A stretch of DNA of 59,579 bases, the filler included, from Sphacelaria rigidula (lineage: Eukaryota): assembly GCA_964200075.2 (NCBI GenBank). It is 5 parts of 5 records of this genome, joined end to end, with 100 filler letters (N's around TTAATTAATTAA, not from the genome) between each part and the next. Parts side by side here need not be neighbours in the genome. Positions count along the whole stretch, not along the records: positions 1 to 11,837 come from CAXNAA020004440.1; positions 11,938 to 23,774 come from CAXNAA020004441.1; 3 more parts are not named here. One strand, 5' to 3'. Below the pieces are notes generated by a model. It was not told where the DNA came from, made no database searches, and was given only the letters and a program-made list of their open reading frames with translations. Of the stretch, positions 1-12,163 are shown in pieces (within the stretch, counting starts at the first letter, position 1; the number at the start of each line of letters is the position of its first letter). Position numbers and translations under genes: made by a program.

Positions 1-67
1 AGGGATGCGAGGTCAATGGTGATGTGACTACGGCACACGAGATCATAAGTACCCCCCCCCCCCTCCC
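1..67 (+). repeat. Repeat family A, 3' end plus poly-C
   Basis: AGGGATGCGAGGTCAATGGT..GATCAT.AGTAC(C)n is shared with the copies at 11938, 15213, 23875, 24003 and 47746. Confidence 0.85.
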
Positions 68-467
68 CTATAGGACGCCTCATTGATGTTTCCCCATCAC
101 ACGAGTTCGACCTTTCTGACCCGCAGTCAAGTCGTATCAACGTCTCCCGAACGGTGTAAGTCCTCCCTCTGGCGTCAGGAATATACTTTCAAGATGTAAG
201 AAACCAATTACATTTTTAGAAGTCTGACCACCTCTGACAGCCTATTCTGATTCACAGAGGATTTCCCCTCTACACACACCCCTCTACCCACCCCCTCCCT
301 GGCCCAATTGGTCTCATATATATTTTTTGGGTGTGGCGCCGGAGCTACATGATACGCCATTCCCTGCGATGAGACGTTCTTTCTTTTTCCCCCTGTGATA
401 TTTGGTTGTGTGTCAACAATCTAAACCAGCCTTGCTTTTATTCCCTCCGTATGTTGTCGGTGGACAG

Positions 468-3400
468 GTGAAGGATGCCGGAAGGGTGCCTGACCTTTCT
501 CGAATGCTGAGGGAGGGTTTGCCGTATCTCAGCAGGAACGAGGCCACGGAAATGCAGCTTGCCCTTGCTGTGTCGGTCTACGCGCACTCCAGGTCTAGGC
601 ATGACCGTCATAACTATCGAGTGAAGGTGCGGCAATGGAACTGGCGTCTGTTATACGACGCGATTCATCAGTATGACGATCGCGCGCTATGTCAACAGCC
701 CCCGGGTGATGAGTGTTCGGGTATTTTCTTTCATTATTTCCCGTTACACTTTGAACCCCTCCTCTTTGTCGTGACTATTCCGTGGTCTAACGCTCTAACG
801 CTCTACTGCTTTCATGCTCTCAAGGGATCAACCAATCTCTCCCCCGGTACAAGTGGGTATATTCTGGTATGACGGGTTGGATCATGACGAGCACTCACTT
901 CCGTACCGCGTCGACTGTCGTTTAGCAAACTCAGCCAAACTCTTATTGCTACTCACGTACGTCCTCACGTACGTCCTCACGCTTTCCATCACGAAAATGA
1001 GGTACTAATACTGCTGAGACGAAAGTCACACTAGACCCGTCTGCCGAGAACGGAACCCGCGTTTTCGTCGTCCGAATGGTGCCAGTTGTACCACTGGACA
1101 CACCAGGGCGCGGCGGCCTTGCAATTTGGTATTTGTCGCGGATTGAACCAGCACTCCCGCACCGCCTGAACTCTCGGCATATAGTTTTTTTTGCCGCTCA
1201 CTTTATCAGGTTTTCAAATGACAAACATAAATCAGATACTTTCAGGGAGAATCCTAATGCATTTGCCATTTTCCCTATCTAGTGGTGTAACTTGTACCCT
1301 AAAGCAGGCAGGCCATTCGATCATTAGACCATCACACCACCGGGGCTCGGCGGTCGATTACTTGAAATCCTCTTGAAAGTCAGAGTGCCTGAAGTATTGT
1401 CCTTCTCCAGACACGTGCTGCAAGCTGACCTGGTGTTCTTTCCTGCCGTCGTGGCTAGGTGCTTTTGCCCTTTCTCATGCGTTGCCATCTTGACGTTTGG
1501 GTGTAAAACGCGTATGGCAGGTGACCAAGCTCCGATAGGACAAAAGGTGTGTCGTTCAATAACATGGACCACCCCTCGATCGAGTGCTCTTCGAAGGCAG
1601 ATCTCAGCTCACAGTTATAATTTCGCGCTGTTCGATGCATCTCTATCTAGGCGAGATGATTTCGTGAGCTCTTGTGTTTTTTTAGCAGCTATCGTCTTCC
1701 GCGGCATGCGAAATCGATGTTGCGTCTTGGTGCGACATACGACACAAGAAACGCCAAAACTGCCGCAGATCCTAAATTGAATACCATTTCGTTTCGGTCG
1801 CCTTTATACCGTTGTCAGCTCACAGTGCGAATCTCGCATCACTCGATGTATCTATCTCTGTGTAGGCAAGATGTCGTGAGCTCCTTCATGTATTTCGAGC
1901 AGCTATCGTCCTCTGTTGAGCGCGAAACTCGGTTTTGTGTTCTCATACGGAATCTGCCGCAGATGCAAAATTACATACCCCCTCGTTGAGGATGAGATGT
2001 TCCACCTCGCGATCCGATCAACGGTTGTTGCAGCCCTTCTGGACGTTCAGTAATGCGGCATGAAATTGGAAACGATAATGAGTTTTGCACTTTGGCACCA
2101 GTACCCATAGAAGTCAAAACAGCTGCACAACCATCACACGACTTTTTCAACTTTCAAAAGATGGACAGCACTATGTTCCCACCCCGATTCGTACAGACCG
2201 GAACACAGCACAATAGTTGAACAGCTCAGGCAATCCCCAGCGCAGATCAAGTTTGTTCGTAGGGTTTAGCTGCACCACAGCACAGCACAGCGATAACTAC
2301 AGCATGAAAACAATGCGTAAGCACGTAGTGCCTTGTTCGTTCCACAGAAGACCCAACAGCTGACACAGCATGACGCTTTCAAGAGTGTGAAAACAGAACT
2401 TTGTGTCGACTACAATTTTCAGGCAATCCCCACCGCAGATCAAACCGTCTCCGCAGGTTTCAAATGCTCCACACGACAGTGTCGAGTACTGAACAGAAGT
2501 GATGGGTCTGGGCACGAGGCGCCCTGTTCGTTGCGGAAGATCCAACGTTCAACAAATGTAACATCATGGCACTTTCGACTTTGATAACACAGCACTGCGA
2601 CCACCATAATGAGGTACAGACGGACCACATCAACAGTACAACATCTTGAGTAATCCAACCGAAACCAACAAACCATCGCCGTAACGTCTGAACACACAAA
2701 CGTGCAGCCGAAGCTACAGCACATTGAGGAGGACGTGAGTGTGTGGTGCTGCACTGTGCTGTGTTGCAGTAAAGTACCGCATGATATTTCCCATTGTTTG
2801 GTTCTTTACTCGACTTTGAACCGCTCCCCAATTTCGGTCAAGCGGTCAAAATGGAGTTCCATTTTGATCGGACACCCGTGCATTGGACCAAAGTCCGAGA
2901 CCGTCCGGTCACGTTTGATAGAAGTCGTCACTGATTATGTTCTATAAGATGTGTTTTTTTTTCACATTTTTTTCGATATTGGACGCGATTTTGTTTCTGA
3001 ACGGCTCCCACAAAAGTTGGCGACATTTTTTCTACGGCGGAATTACGGCAAATAACGAAAATAAGCAGTGTCGGATTAGCAACGCCAACGTATATATAGA
3101 GGATGGGAATACTCCCAGCATTTTCTGCCGTGATTGATGGAGATTGATGACCAGCACTCGCACAAAACACCACAGCGAGCCGTAAACCGAAGCATGAGCA
3201 CATGTAGTGAATTTTGCATGATTGCAATTATGGCGTGTATCCATTGTGGCGACGGCCAGACTCGGAGCGGGCCAGTCAAGGTGAGATAACCAAGCAACAA
3301 ACCAAGCAACCAATCAATCCGTGAATCATCTGCCTTCACCTTGTTTATCTCTCATTGTCGGTGCAGGCCGGGGTAGAGGTGTGCCTTCAGCTGGGGCGCC

Positions 3401-6400
3401 TTGGGATGGGCACGGAGGCCCTTTTGGCGGCCATCCTGTCAGACGTCCTTCGACCGGAGACGATTTCACAGCAAACCCAAGGCTTCGGTCGAGCACCGGT
3501 TACGCTGGAGGATATCCGCGAAGGCTTTGGGGCAAATGTTGCAAGGTACCGTGAGATATCATAGGGGCTATCATTGGGGGAGGTGGTTGTCCTTCTGAGG
3601 CCCCTTCCCACCGTACGGTACTGTAACTTCCCATCATTTCTCTCACCGAGCATTGTAACAGCACTCCTGCAGGCCGTCGAAGTTCGTTGAAATATTGTTC
3701 TTGTGCCAACTCTCTTTGTCGCGTTAGCCGACGACAGCAGTTATGGAATATACTCCACAGCTGCTGTAGGGATCCTGATCGGCGAAATCCGCCCAAAACA
3801 AAGTCGATGTTGCTGTTGCTGGACCATTCGGACCAGTTGGACCACCGACGCGTGGGAGCATAGTGTAGTGTTGGTGTCTGATGTCATGAAGATATCTATA
3901 TTTATGTCAGCATTGCAAGATATACGGTGTGTTGACGAGAACACAATTGCTACCCTTCAGATGGATGGCTGATATCAGGTTTATGTACGACAAGGTGCAC
4001 GTTTCCTTGTTCCTGTTTCTCCATCCAACTAATCTCAAAACTCACGGCCCGGGCTCATCCATGAAGGCTGGAAGTGTATTTAGTGCCTACGCAGAGAAAT
4101 TTCCAGGAAAATGATCGTGTCGTATGCGTAGCTTTTGATATCCACACCGCCCACATGCAGCGTGAAGTGCGTTGCTTTGCGATGAACACTTGCTCGCTCG
4201 CCGTTGTCCGACTCATAATCTCCGTCACTGAGCCACTAGCCCTCTCTCTTTCGTTGGCATACGGTTTCCCGAAAGCGCGAACCCACTTGTCGTGTTTTGA
4301 GTGTATTCTTTCCATCGCTCGTTCCTGCTCATTTCTCCCGACATGAACGAAAGTCTCGTGGCGGGACTCGAACACGTTACGTGCGTTGAGGAAACTGCGC
4401 ACCGCGTTATGAGGGGCAAACCAAGAGGCCCACTAGAGGATGACCTATACGGGCTGCAGAGAAACGTTTCGGCAAGGACTGACAAGCTAGGAGAGGTGAA
4501 CACGCTTGCACAGGGAGTAGAACGGGGGGTGCCTGGCCTGGGAGTGGGGAGCGTGAAGCGACGGTCATTGCGTGATGCGTCAGCGCTCGAGCAGGTACGC
4601 AGGGCGATCGCTACACTTGGATGTCGTGAGATATTGATGCTAGAGTCGTCGGAGAATTCGTCCTTTGGAGTCTGTTCAAGATATTTGTTCAAGATACTTG
4701 TTTTTAGTGGATCTTCGAAGGATTGACATCCCCTAGGGCTCGTGAGCGTATTCACTACGCTTCTTCCAGCCCCGCTAATGGACACCGCATGTGGTGCCGA
4801 TGCACACCGCCTGCATCCCCGTTGGCCGAGAGGTGTCGGGCTGCTTTGGGTTAACGAGACACTTGGGTTGGAACAAAGACGAGTATATGTCCTGAGGGAC
4901 AAACTGAGGCAAGCCCGCCTTGATATCGAGGGTAGGTGGCGCAAGTTTGTCGTTACACAGACCATGATAGACAGACACGCGCAATAGCTGCAAAATCTCG
5001 ACCACATCTCAAACCCAAACTGATACCCGAGGCACACGAAGAATACATGGTTGATCAAGAGAGGTTCAGGGAGTACGCTAGTCATAGTATGCGTGGGCGG
5101 AGTACAAACCCGCGCCGTGCGCACTCTGCCGATTTGAGCATGAGTGCGTTCTGGCCACGCCGGCGAGCGTTCGGGGGTGTCATCCCCGTGGAGATTCGAA
5201 TCTTATCGTCCGTTCATGACCCCTAGCCAAGCAACCATGCGTTACTTGACGGAATTGCGTTAACCCTACCAGCGACATCATGAAGCAAGTGGGTTCGTGA
5301 ACGTTGAGGGGAGGTAATGCGTGGGAAGCGGTGAAAGTTGGTTGGTACGTGTCGAAACTCGAGGGTTATCAGAACTTGCGAGGCGGCGAAGTTCCAGAGG
5401 TAATAAAACTTTGAAAGCGGGGAAAATAGAGAGGATGCGATTTACGCGCAATAAAAAAGGGGGGAGCGATCCTTGAGCGGTGGTGGATTCTTGAGGCGCG
5501 GGGAAGTTCGAGTGGTCGTGAAATTTGTTGGGAGGTGGAGCTTGAAGATTGTCTGCTGTTGGCGGAGGCATCCAAATCTGGATGGGGTTTATGGTGCTCT
5601 CAACCCCGAGTTGTTTATTTCATTGAACGATTCGTTTTTTACCGGTGTCAACGTGTGGCCTCGACATTGATGAAGAAATGCTTTTGCGACGAAAATGCCA
5701 CGGGTATCGCTGTAAAGAAATCTATTGGGAGCCAGCAAAATACGCGTACAGAAGTGAAATACTTGGCTACTCCCCCCCGTGCCCGAGCACAAGATGGGAC
5801 GTGTTGGTTGACCATTTTTTGTTGGCAATTTCCAAACCTGTCGGCTGCGCAGCGTTAGGGCTAGTGCCTGTGGACGGTGTCATTCAAGGTTTGAAGGTCA
5901 TGCTTGGCACTTCATCCCCGAACATGGTGGTGTCTGCGGCGCTACTGAGTAACTCATGACAACTCATGAGGGGGGGTGGTGAGGGGGAGGCCATTGTCCG
6001 CAAGTACGATGCAGCAGGACGATCCATGCATTTGTACACTAAATCGAATAATGTTTCGTTCATACCGGACACTACTGCTAAATCGACAACTCTAATTTGA
6101 CTTGAATAACGATATCTTCTGTCGTGTAGAAGCTTGGCATTGCAGAAGCTTGGTATCGTAAAAGAACTATATGACATGAGTATTGTGGGTACCGAGGGTA
6201 TTGACTGTTCATGGTTAGGACGAATCATCACGACTACGAATCACCTAATCCACGATTTCTTCGGCCTGGTTGCCCAAAAGGGAGAAAAAACTTGACCGCT
6301 GGTCCAAGGGGTATCCACGCAACTTTTGCGCCATTCCACGTGTCTGGGCTACGTGTACCTGGGTTGCAACACTGAAAACAAAGCCTGGGGATTGATTCGT

Positions 6401-7385
6401 ACGATTCGAATCAGTTCCACTGAAACCGAGTAATTTCCAGACGACTCATAATTTGTACGACCCTTCCAACTGTTGAACTGCTTACCATTCCACGGTACAG
6501 GAGATATCGATAGCCAAGAACACCCATCTTTCTGGAGCACATGGGGTATAGAGAGTACCTGATGTTCACTTCACCCCAGGAGGCCTTTGTAGTACCGGTA
6601 TCGATGTTTTGTGATCTTCATCTTTCTAGAGTACCCGGGGTATGGATACTCCGAAGAACTATGTACCATATACCCTACTCCACCTCATCCACTTTTGCAC
6701 TACTGGTGTACATGTTTTCAAGGTTGTAGTCTGTTTAGATAGGGTATACCCGAAAGTGGGGGGTTTGTGCTTGGTATTCCAAACCGGATCGAAATGGGTA
6801 CCCAGCATTCCGGTATGGATCGGAATGGTCGTTACCGATGAAAATACTTCTTTCATACTTTTATAAATGCCCTATGAATACTGTTGAATAATAATTTCGG
6901 TCGGTATACGGTATTATACCCTACAAAACACAGTCTTGAATGTTTCGTAGTCACGCTGAGCCCAGCACATCAAGGGTCCTGCGACAGGCCAGGTCGACAC
7001 TTGCAGGGAATTTCAAATCCACACTCAGCAACACCTAAAGAACGGAAGATGGCGTGTGCTCAACAGTACAGGACAGCAAGTAACCGGACTTTGTGTTGGT
7101 CGTGATGATGATACAAAACATTAAGTACAGTATGTTGACATCCGGCGGTAGGCAAGGCTTCGGTGACTATGTTTTGTAGGAATTTGCGTTCATGCCCAGT
7201 GCGACCCATGAGCAAGCATCCTGGTGTCTCTGTGATGCTCAGGGCATATGACCAATGAGGAACGACCCTCCCTGGCGACAAGCGCCCTTTTCGGTCGACT
7301 TCAGAGGCGGGAAAAGAAGCTGAAAGCTGTGTTGAGCAATGTATCGGTTATATCGCTGCTGCTCCTGCTTCTTATACTGCTGTCG

Positions 7386-7467
<82 letters not shown>

Positions 7468-10413
7468 CGTCGTTGTTCGTGTCATAGCGGTGTCCTCGGC
7501 ATTGTCGCACCTTTTTTCAGTTCCGATGTCGATATGGAGCTCCCTCTCCTCGTGTCCTCTCTAGACCCATCTCCCTCCACCCCTCCTCGTTTTGCCTTTA
7601 ATCTATTCTCTGTCTTTCTTCGTCATTTTCCGTTTCTCGCGTCTGTGTGTCCTTGTCTTTATCGCTGTCTTGTGTTTTTGTTTTCTGTGCAGGCAGAGAA
7701 GCTGCGCAATCTCATCGTATCGGAGGCAGCAGACTGGCAGGTACTGACTCTCAGGCTGGCGACGCAGCTCGAATCCCTCAAGCGCTCCATGAGTGTGGGC
7801 GGTGCGGATACCTTCCCGGACAAATCCTCCGAACAGGTGCTTAATTTTAGAATCCTTCGAAAACAGATGATGTTTCAGTGATGGAGGATAGTGGTCGCGG
7901 CATCGACAAGCAGCGCGGACGTGTGTAGGTATGTGTAGGCAGTTACCGTACATGCTCCACATATGCGCAACACATGCGACGTCAACAGAGTTGGCTTTTC
8001 TCGATAAGGTGGTCTTCCGTTTCTCGTGGGACGATGACGACGTTCGCTTGTAGAGCTTCACGACTCCAATCGTCGATCATGTACAAGTGCATGCTATCTC
8101 AACAAGCCAAGCAAGTTAGTCAATCCACAGCTGGTGTTGGTTTGCTTTTTTCCCGACGACAGCTGGCCCGGGACGCGTTGCTTGTGCATGGTCCTCTTGC
8201 GCATCGTCTGGGGGTGCATCAACTGAGGAATGAGCTGGAGAGCGCAGCGTTCCGGAGACTGTTCCCTGAACAGTTCCAAGAGGTGCGCAAAATTACCCCC
8301 GAATACCGAAGGTCCGCAACTGTGGAGATGTGATCCCTCGACAGACTCTTAGGAAGAGATTTCCCCCTTTCATGTGGTCGTATCTACACAACGACCCATA
8401 CAGAACTAACACTTCGAGACATCCTAGTAGGGCTCTATTCCCGTGGCGCAAATCGCCATTACGGGGCTGTAGTAATCAACATCCCGACAGTGCATTGAGC
8501 TGTACGTGGCCTTCGGTAGCACATTCTGAGTGTTGTGCCATATTTTGAGTAAGGTGCTTTGACCGTACACGCGGAGTAGAGACGTTTGGATTGAGAAAAT
8601 TGACAACTCGCCATCGCACAACATCACCCACAGACGCGCGAGTGTTTGGTTTTTGTGGTGAGCGGCTGCGGGGGCTGTGTAGCAGTCGACGTGAGGTGAG
8701 TATATGCAGGAAGGACCTCGAGGTGATCATCAAGCTCCTCCACAGCAACCACTCGATTTGTTTCTTGTGCGCGACTGTTTTACTGTCGATGCTTGTGACT
8801 TGAATTGTACCCATGATTGGCTCACGGATCTGCATCCGTGCGTACCATATTTCAACTGCATGCTCATGTGCCCCTGCAGTGAGAGCTGTCCGTTTTGCGA
8901 TACAGTACCGCAACGGTTGGGAAAAGATGCGTGAAACATCATCGAACAAAATGTCAACTGCCGCTACTTTCTTCTGGCGCTACTTGGTGTGATGATGGAT
9001 TCCGCAGTGTACGATGTGGAGATATCCACACAGCACGTGATCTGTTTTCCACGGCAACGGCTGTATCTGTAGTGTATCGGTTAATGTGCGACAATCAATC
9101 GATCGTTCGCATCTCTTTGATATAATTTGTATCCTTTTTTTTTTTCCCTGAGAACTCAGCAGGACATTTTTGTGGGCTGCTGGCGGGGAGCATTTTATGC
9201 TCTCATCGGATTCTGAACAGATTTGTGCAAAGCCACGCATAAAGTGCTCAGCTGATGACGGGCTACAACTCGAGCTTTGTGTTTTTGGTTGGCGGGGGGC
9301 AACGAGTTCCCCGGGTTCACCTCTGATTGTGTTGGGTTGTGTGTCAAGTAGGCCACGCCGTTTAATGTGCCCCTCTCAGCGGGACGTATGTGCCACTCTT
9401 CGGGCAGGAAATGAACTTGTTTTTTGCAAAACGATTTTCGACAAAGAAATTGATGCATCCTGGGGGTTGCACATGTGAGATGCACCCACACCTGACACTC
9501 TCGCGGCGGCGTAGGTTTCACCAACCCCTCGTGAAACCCCTTGATCAACCCCCGACACCAACCCACCACCTATTCAAGCAACACGAATTTAGGACCTCAC
9601 CAAGCAGAAAACACTTTATCCAAGCGCTGGTGTATGGATTTGGGTTACGGGTTGGGATAGAGTTTGAGGGATCTAGGTGCCATAGTCACCCGCTAACGAA
9701 CACCTTTCGAACTTCGAGAGTTTTCCATTCAATTAACCGAAAGTGCAGAGCATATGGCAGGAAGATGAAACGTTCCTTCGATCTAGTGTAGATTGGGGGT
9801 TCAAGGCAAAACGCATCGCACCCTCTTTTGCTTTCTGGTTCTCTCCTCAACACACCAAAGAAGCTGGTCGCTACCTTGGGTGCATCGCTTACAACCTCCT
9901 GGATGCATCGAATACTTTCCGTTCTGTGCAAATGGGTTATTGATTTTTTGTGCGGTATTCTCGTTGACGTTGTTTGCATCATGATGAGCGTTTCCTATGC
10001 ACTTTTATCGTGAGTTGAAAATAACCGCAACACCAAAGTCGCGGATGCACTGTACTGTCAGAGGATCATGTCGCATACTACTACTACCACTTTTCATGTA
10101 CCTTGAGAGTCGATCCATTGACCGCGGGGACGAAAGCTGCCAAAACCCCTGTATATGCTACAAGTTGTGCTATGCTGCCCTATGCAAGCGGCATGTCTGG
10201 AGTATCCCGCTCGTTGTAGAAATCGTGCGTCGAGATTTGGCAGACATACGTTTTAGATGGGACTTCGTCATTGCGAGGCGGTTGTGTCGTTCCCGCTTCC
10301 GACAGGTGCGTCGCGCAACGCAAGATCGATCATCGGTGTACGAGACGGTGCTGGAGTACACCAAGGACACGCTGGCGCGGGCCTTAGAAGCTTGCCCGGG
10401 CTTTGCCAACCAG
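468..10413 (+). CDS. RSH: RelA/SpoT homolog (RSH), N-terminal HD-domain half; partial at both ends
   Basis: Phase-compatible GT-AG exons: 468-626, 3367-3545, 4354-4594, 4859-4931 (GAG acceptor, least certain), 7243-7340, 7693-7836, 8163-8282, 10306-10413. The spliced protein reads YLSRNEATEMQLALAVSVYAH..AGVEVCLQLGRLGMGTEALLAAILSDVL..VTLEDIREGFGANVASLVAGL..AEKLRNLIVSEAADWQVLTLRLA..ARDALLVHGPLAHRLGVHQLRNELESAAFRRLFPEQF. This is colinear with the RSH consensus (YL..AH..HP.AVA.IL..LG.D..AA.LHDV..FG..VA.LV.G..AENLR..D.RV..KLADRLHN..ARETL..APLA.RLG...K.ELEDL.FR.L.P). Confidence 0.88.
740..1005 (-). repeat. Repeat family B, diverged reverse copy
   Basis: TTTGAACCCCTCC..CCGTGGTCT..ATCTCTCCCCCGGTAC..GGTTGGATCATGAC..AGCACT is the reverse complement of the 30890-31150 type. 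Confidence 0.7.
7385..7467. repeat. Compound microsatellite (GTT)n(GAT)n
   Basis: Directly visible; lies in an RSH intron. Confidence 0.97.
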
Positions 10414-11785
10414 GTATCTATGTTAAGTGTTCCGAAGGTGACCAGGCTAAGGTACCGTACCCCAGAGTACCTTTTGGGTGCCAGCGTGTTTGCTGCACCG
10501 AGTATCCTCCAGGGTACCGGGGGTAGTGTGGTGCCGACCGCCGAAAATACGGAGGATCACGGGGCACCTGATATATCGGGTACCGAAGATACTGAGGATT
10601 TCAGGGTGCTTGAGGTATCCGTTGATGAAGAATATCGACTCTCCCGGGGTCCTTGGTACACTGAGCTGCACCCGTGCTCGACTGTAGGGTGCGCTAACTG
10701 CCTGTGGTTCTTTTGTTGCCACCTTGCCCCTGCTGCACACTCCAGCAGGGGGACTGAGACGGGGTGTATCTTATGACGGCAGTTTCGCTATTATGATTAT
10801 ATTCGAACTCCATTTCGGGTCCTGTTATTCTGTTGGGTGGGTCGCTGTGTGAGTGTGTGGACAACTGCAACGAAGAATATGGATACGACAGGTATATGTA
10901 TATATATATATATGTATATATGTGTGTATTCAGTGAAACGTGTATTCGCCGCGATATTTCACATTGACCTTCAGCTATCGTGGGGTTTGAACCGAGTTTT
11001 CCAGGGCTCAACCTACAACGTCTTCAACATTTCAGTACAACAAAATGATCCAAGATAGCGTTTCTGCGCTTTCACCGGGGAACCTTGAGAAGTCATCTCC
11101 GTGCAAACTAATGAGTACTGTATCGAAAGGCCCGATTTACTCGGTGATTGTTGTGCCACTGATGGTGAGAATGATGGTGAGAATGTATCATCCGGTACAC
11201 GTCCGCGAGCGATTTTCGAAGATACACGCCTTGTCTGTGAAGACTTTTGCGGTACGCCCGCACAACAATATACGGCATGCCGTTTTGTCTTTCTCAGTAT
11301 TGGTGCTTGTGTGCCCCTCCTGCAGTGTTGGCGGCTTGGACCTACTGCCTGCGTGATGCGGTGCGACCTCTAGATGGCGAAGTGTGGGTATGCTTTTTTG
11401 AGTAATGCTGCAACAGCCGCCCCCAAACCAGTCCCAATACCCTTACGGAGAAAATAGCTATTCAGCTCATGATAACTGGTTTCAGGTTTCATGAAGCCTC
11501 TTATATTGGCGACACCGGCGAACAAGATCCCAAGCATTGGAGTTCCCAGATGCTCGGTGTGATCGGCTTTTGTCACTTTGGTCCACATGTAGATTTTTAC
11601 TCCTCAAACCGGCCATTTTTCTCGGGGGGGTATGGTGACATCATTCTCACGACCTTGCTTTTTGTACTCGTCCTCACCTCCGCTGCCGTCAGGAGGATCT
11701 TTCGGGTTTTAGCTTAGATCTATTGGCTAAGCTGTTGGCTGTTATTTTTTTCTCCACCACGATTTTCAATAATACCATGTGTGTC

Positions 11786-11837
<52 letters not shown>

Positions 11838-11937
11838 NNNNNNNNNNNNNNNNNNNNNNNNNNNNNNNNNNNNNNNNNNNNTTAATTAATTAANNNNNNN
11901 NNNNNNNNNNNNNNNNNNNNNNNNNNNNNNNNNNNNN
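11838..11937. other. Scaffold gap (44N-TTAATTAATTAA-44N)
   Basis: Artificial linker with stops in all frames. Confidence 0.99.
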
Positions 11938-12163
11938 ATCCAAGTGCAAGATAATCAGTACGCTTCGGGCCTAACAATCTTAGCAGGATGCAGCTCACCC
12001 TTCATTTGACTCGCCGGATACATCACGGCGCTTCGCGCCTGGTCGTTGATTGCGAGCCCGGTCCGGCGAAAACCCGGCGTGCTCGGTCCCGGCTTTGTAG
12101 GGAAGTGAGGTCAACGGCCATATGACTACGGCATGCAGGGTCACGAGTACACCCCCCCCCCCC
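11938..12163 (+). repeat. Repeat family A copy
   Basis: Aligns with 24085-24305 (ATCCAA.TGCAAGATAATCAGTA..CCCGGCTTTGTAGGGA..poly-C). Confidence 0.9.

Noticed and set aside
1029..1284. CACTA..TAGTG-bounded segment
   Set aside because: Only a 7-bp inverted match and no 3-bp TSD (TCA vs GTG).
3260..3280. Mini-exon TRSGPVK with a GTGAG donor
   Set aside because: Direct joining of 626 to 3367 already gives the exact RSH spacing (AH + 13 aa + HP-equivalent).
4225..5124. 299-aa minus-strand ORF
   Set aside because: Antisense shadow of RSH exons; no recognisable motif.
7248..7510. PolyL/polyM and polyI/polyN ORFs
   Set aside because: Read-through of an intronic microsatellite; only 7243-7340 is exonic.
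9997..10776. 259-aa ORF as a stand-alone gene
   Set aside because: Only 10306-10413 is an RSH exon; the rest is intron including GTACC-rich repeats.
11882..11893. TTAATTAATTAA motif repeated four times in the window
   Set aside because: Always centred in 44+44 Ns; an assembly linker, not biology.
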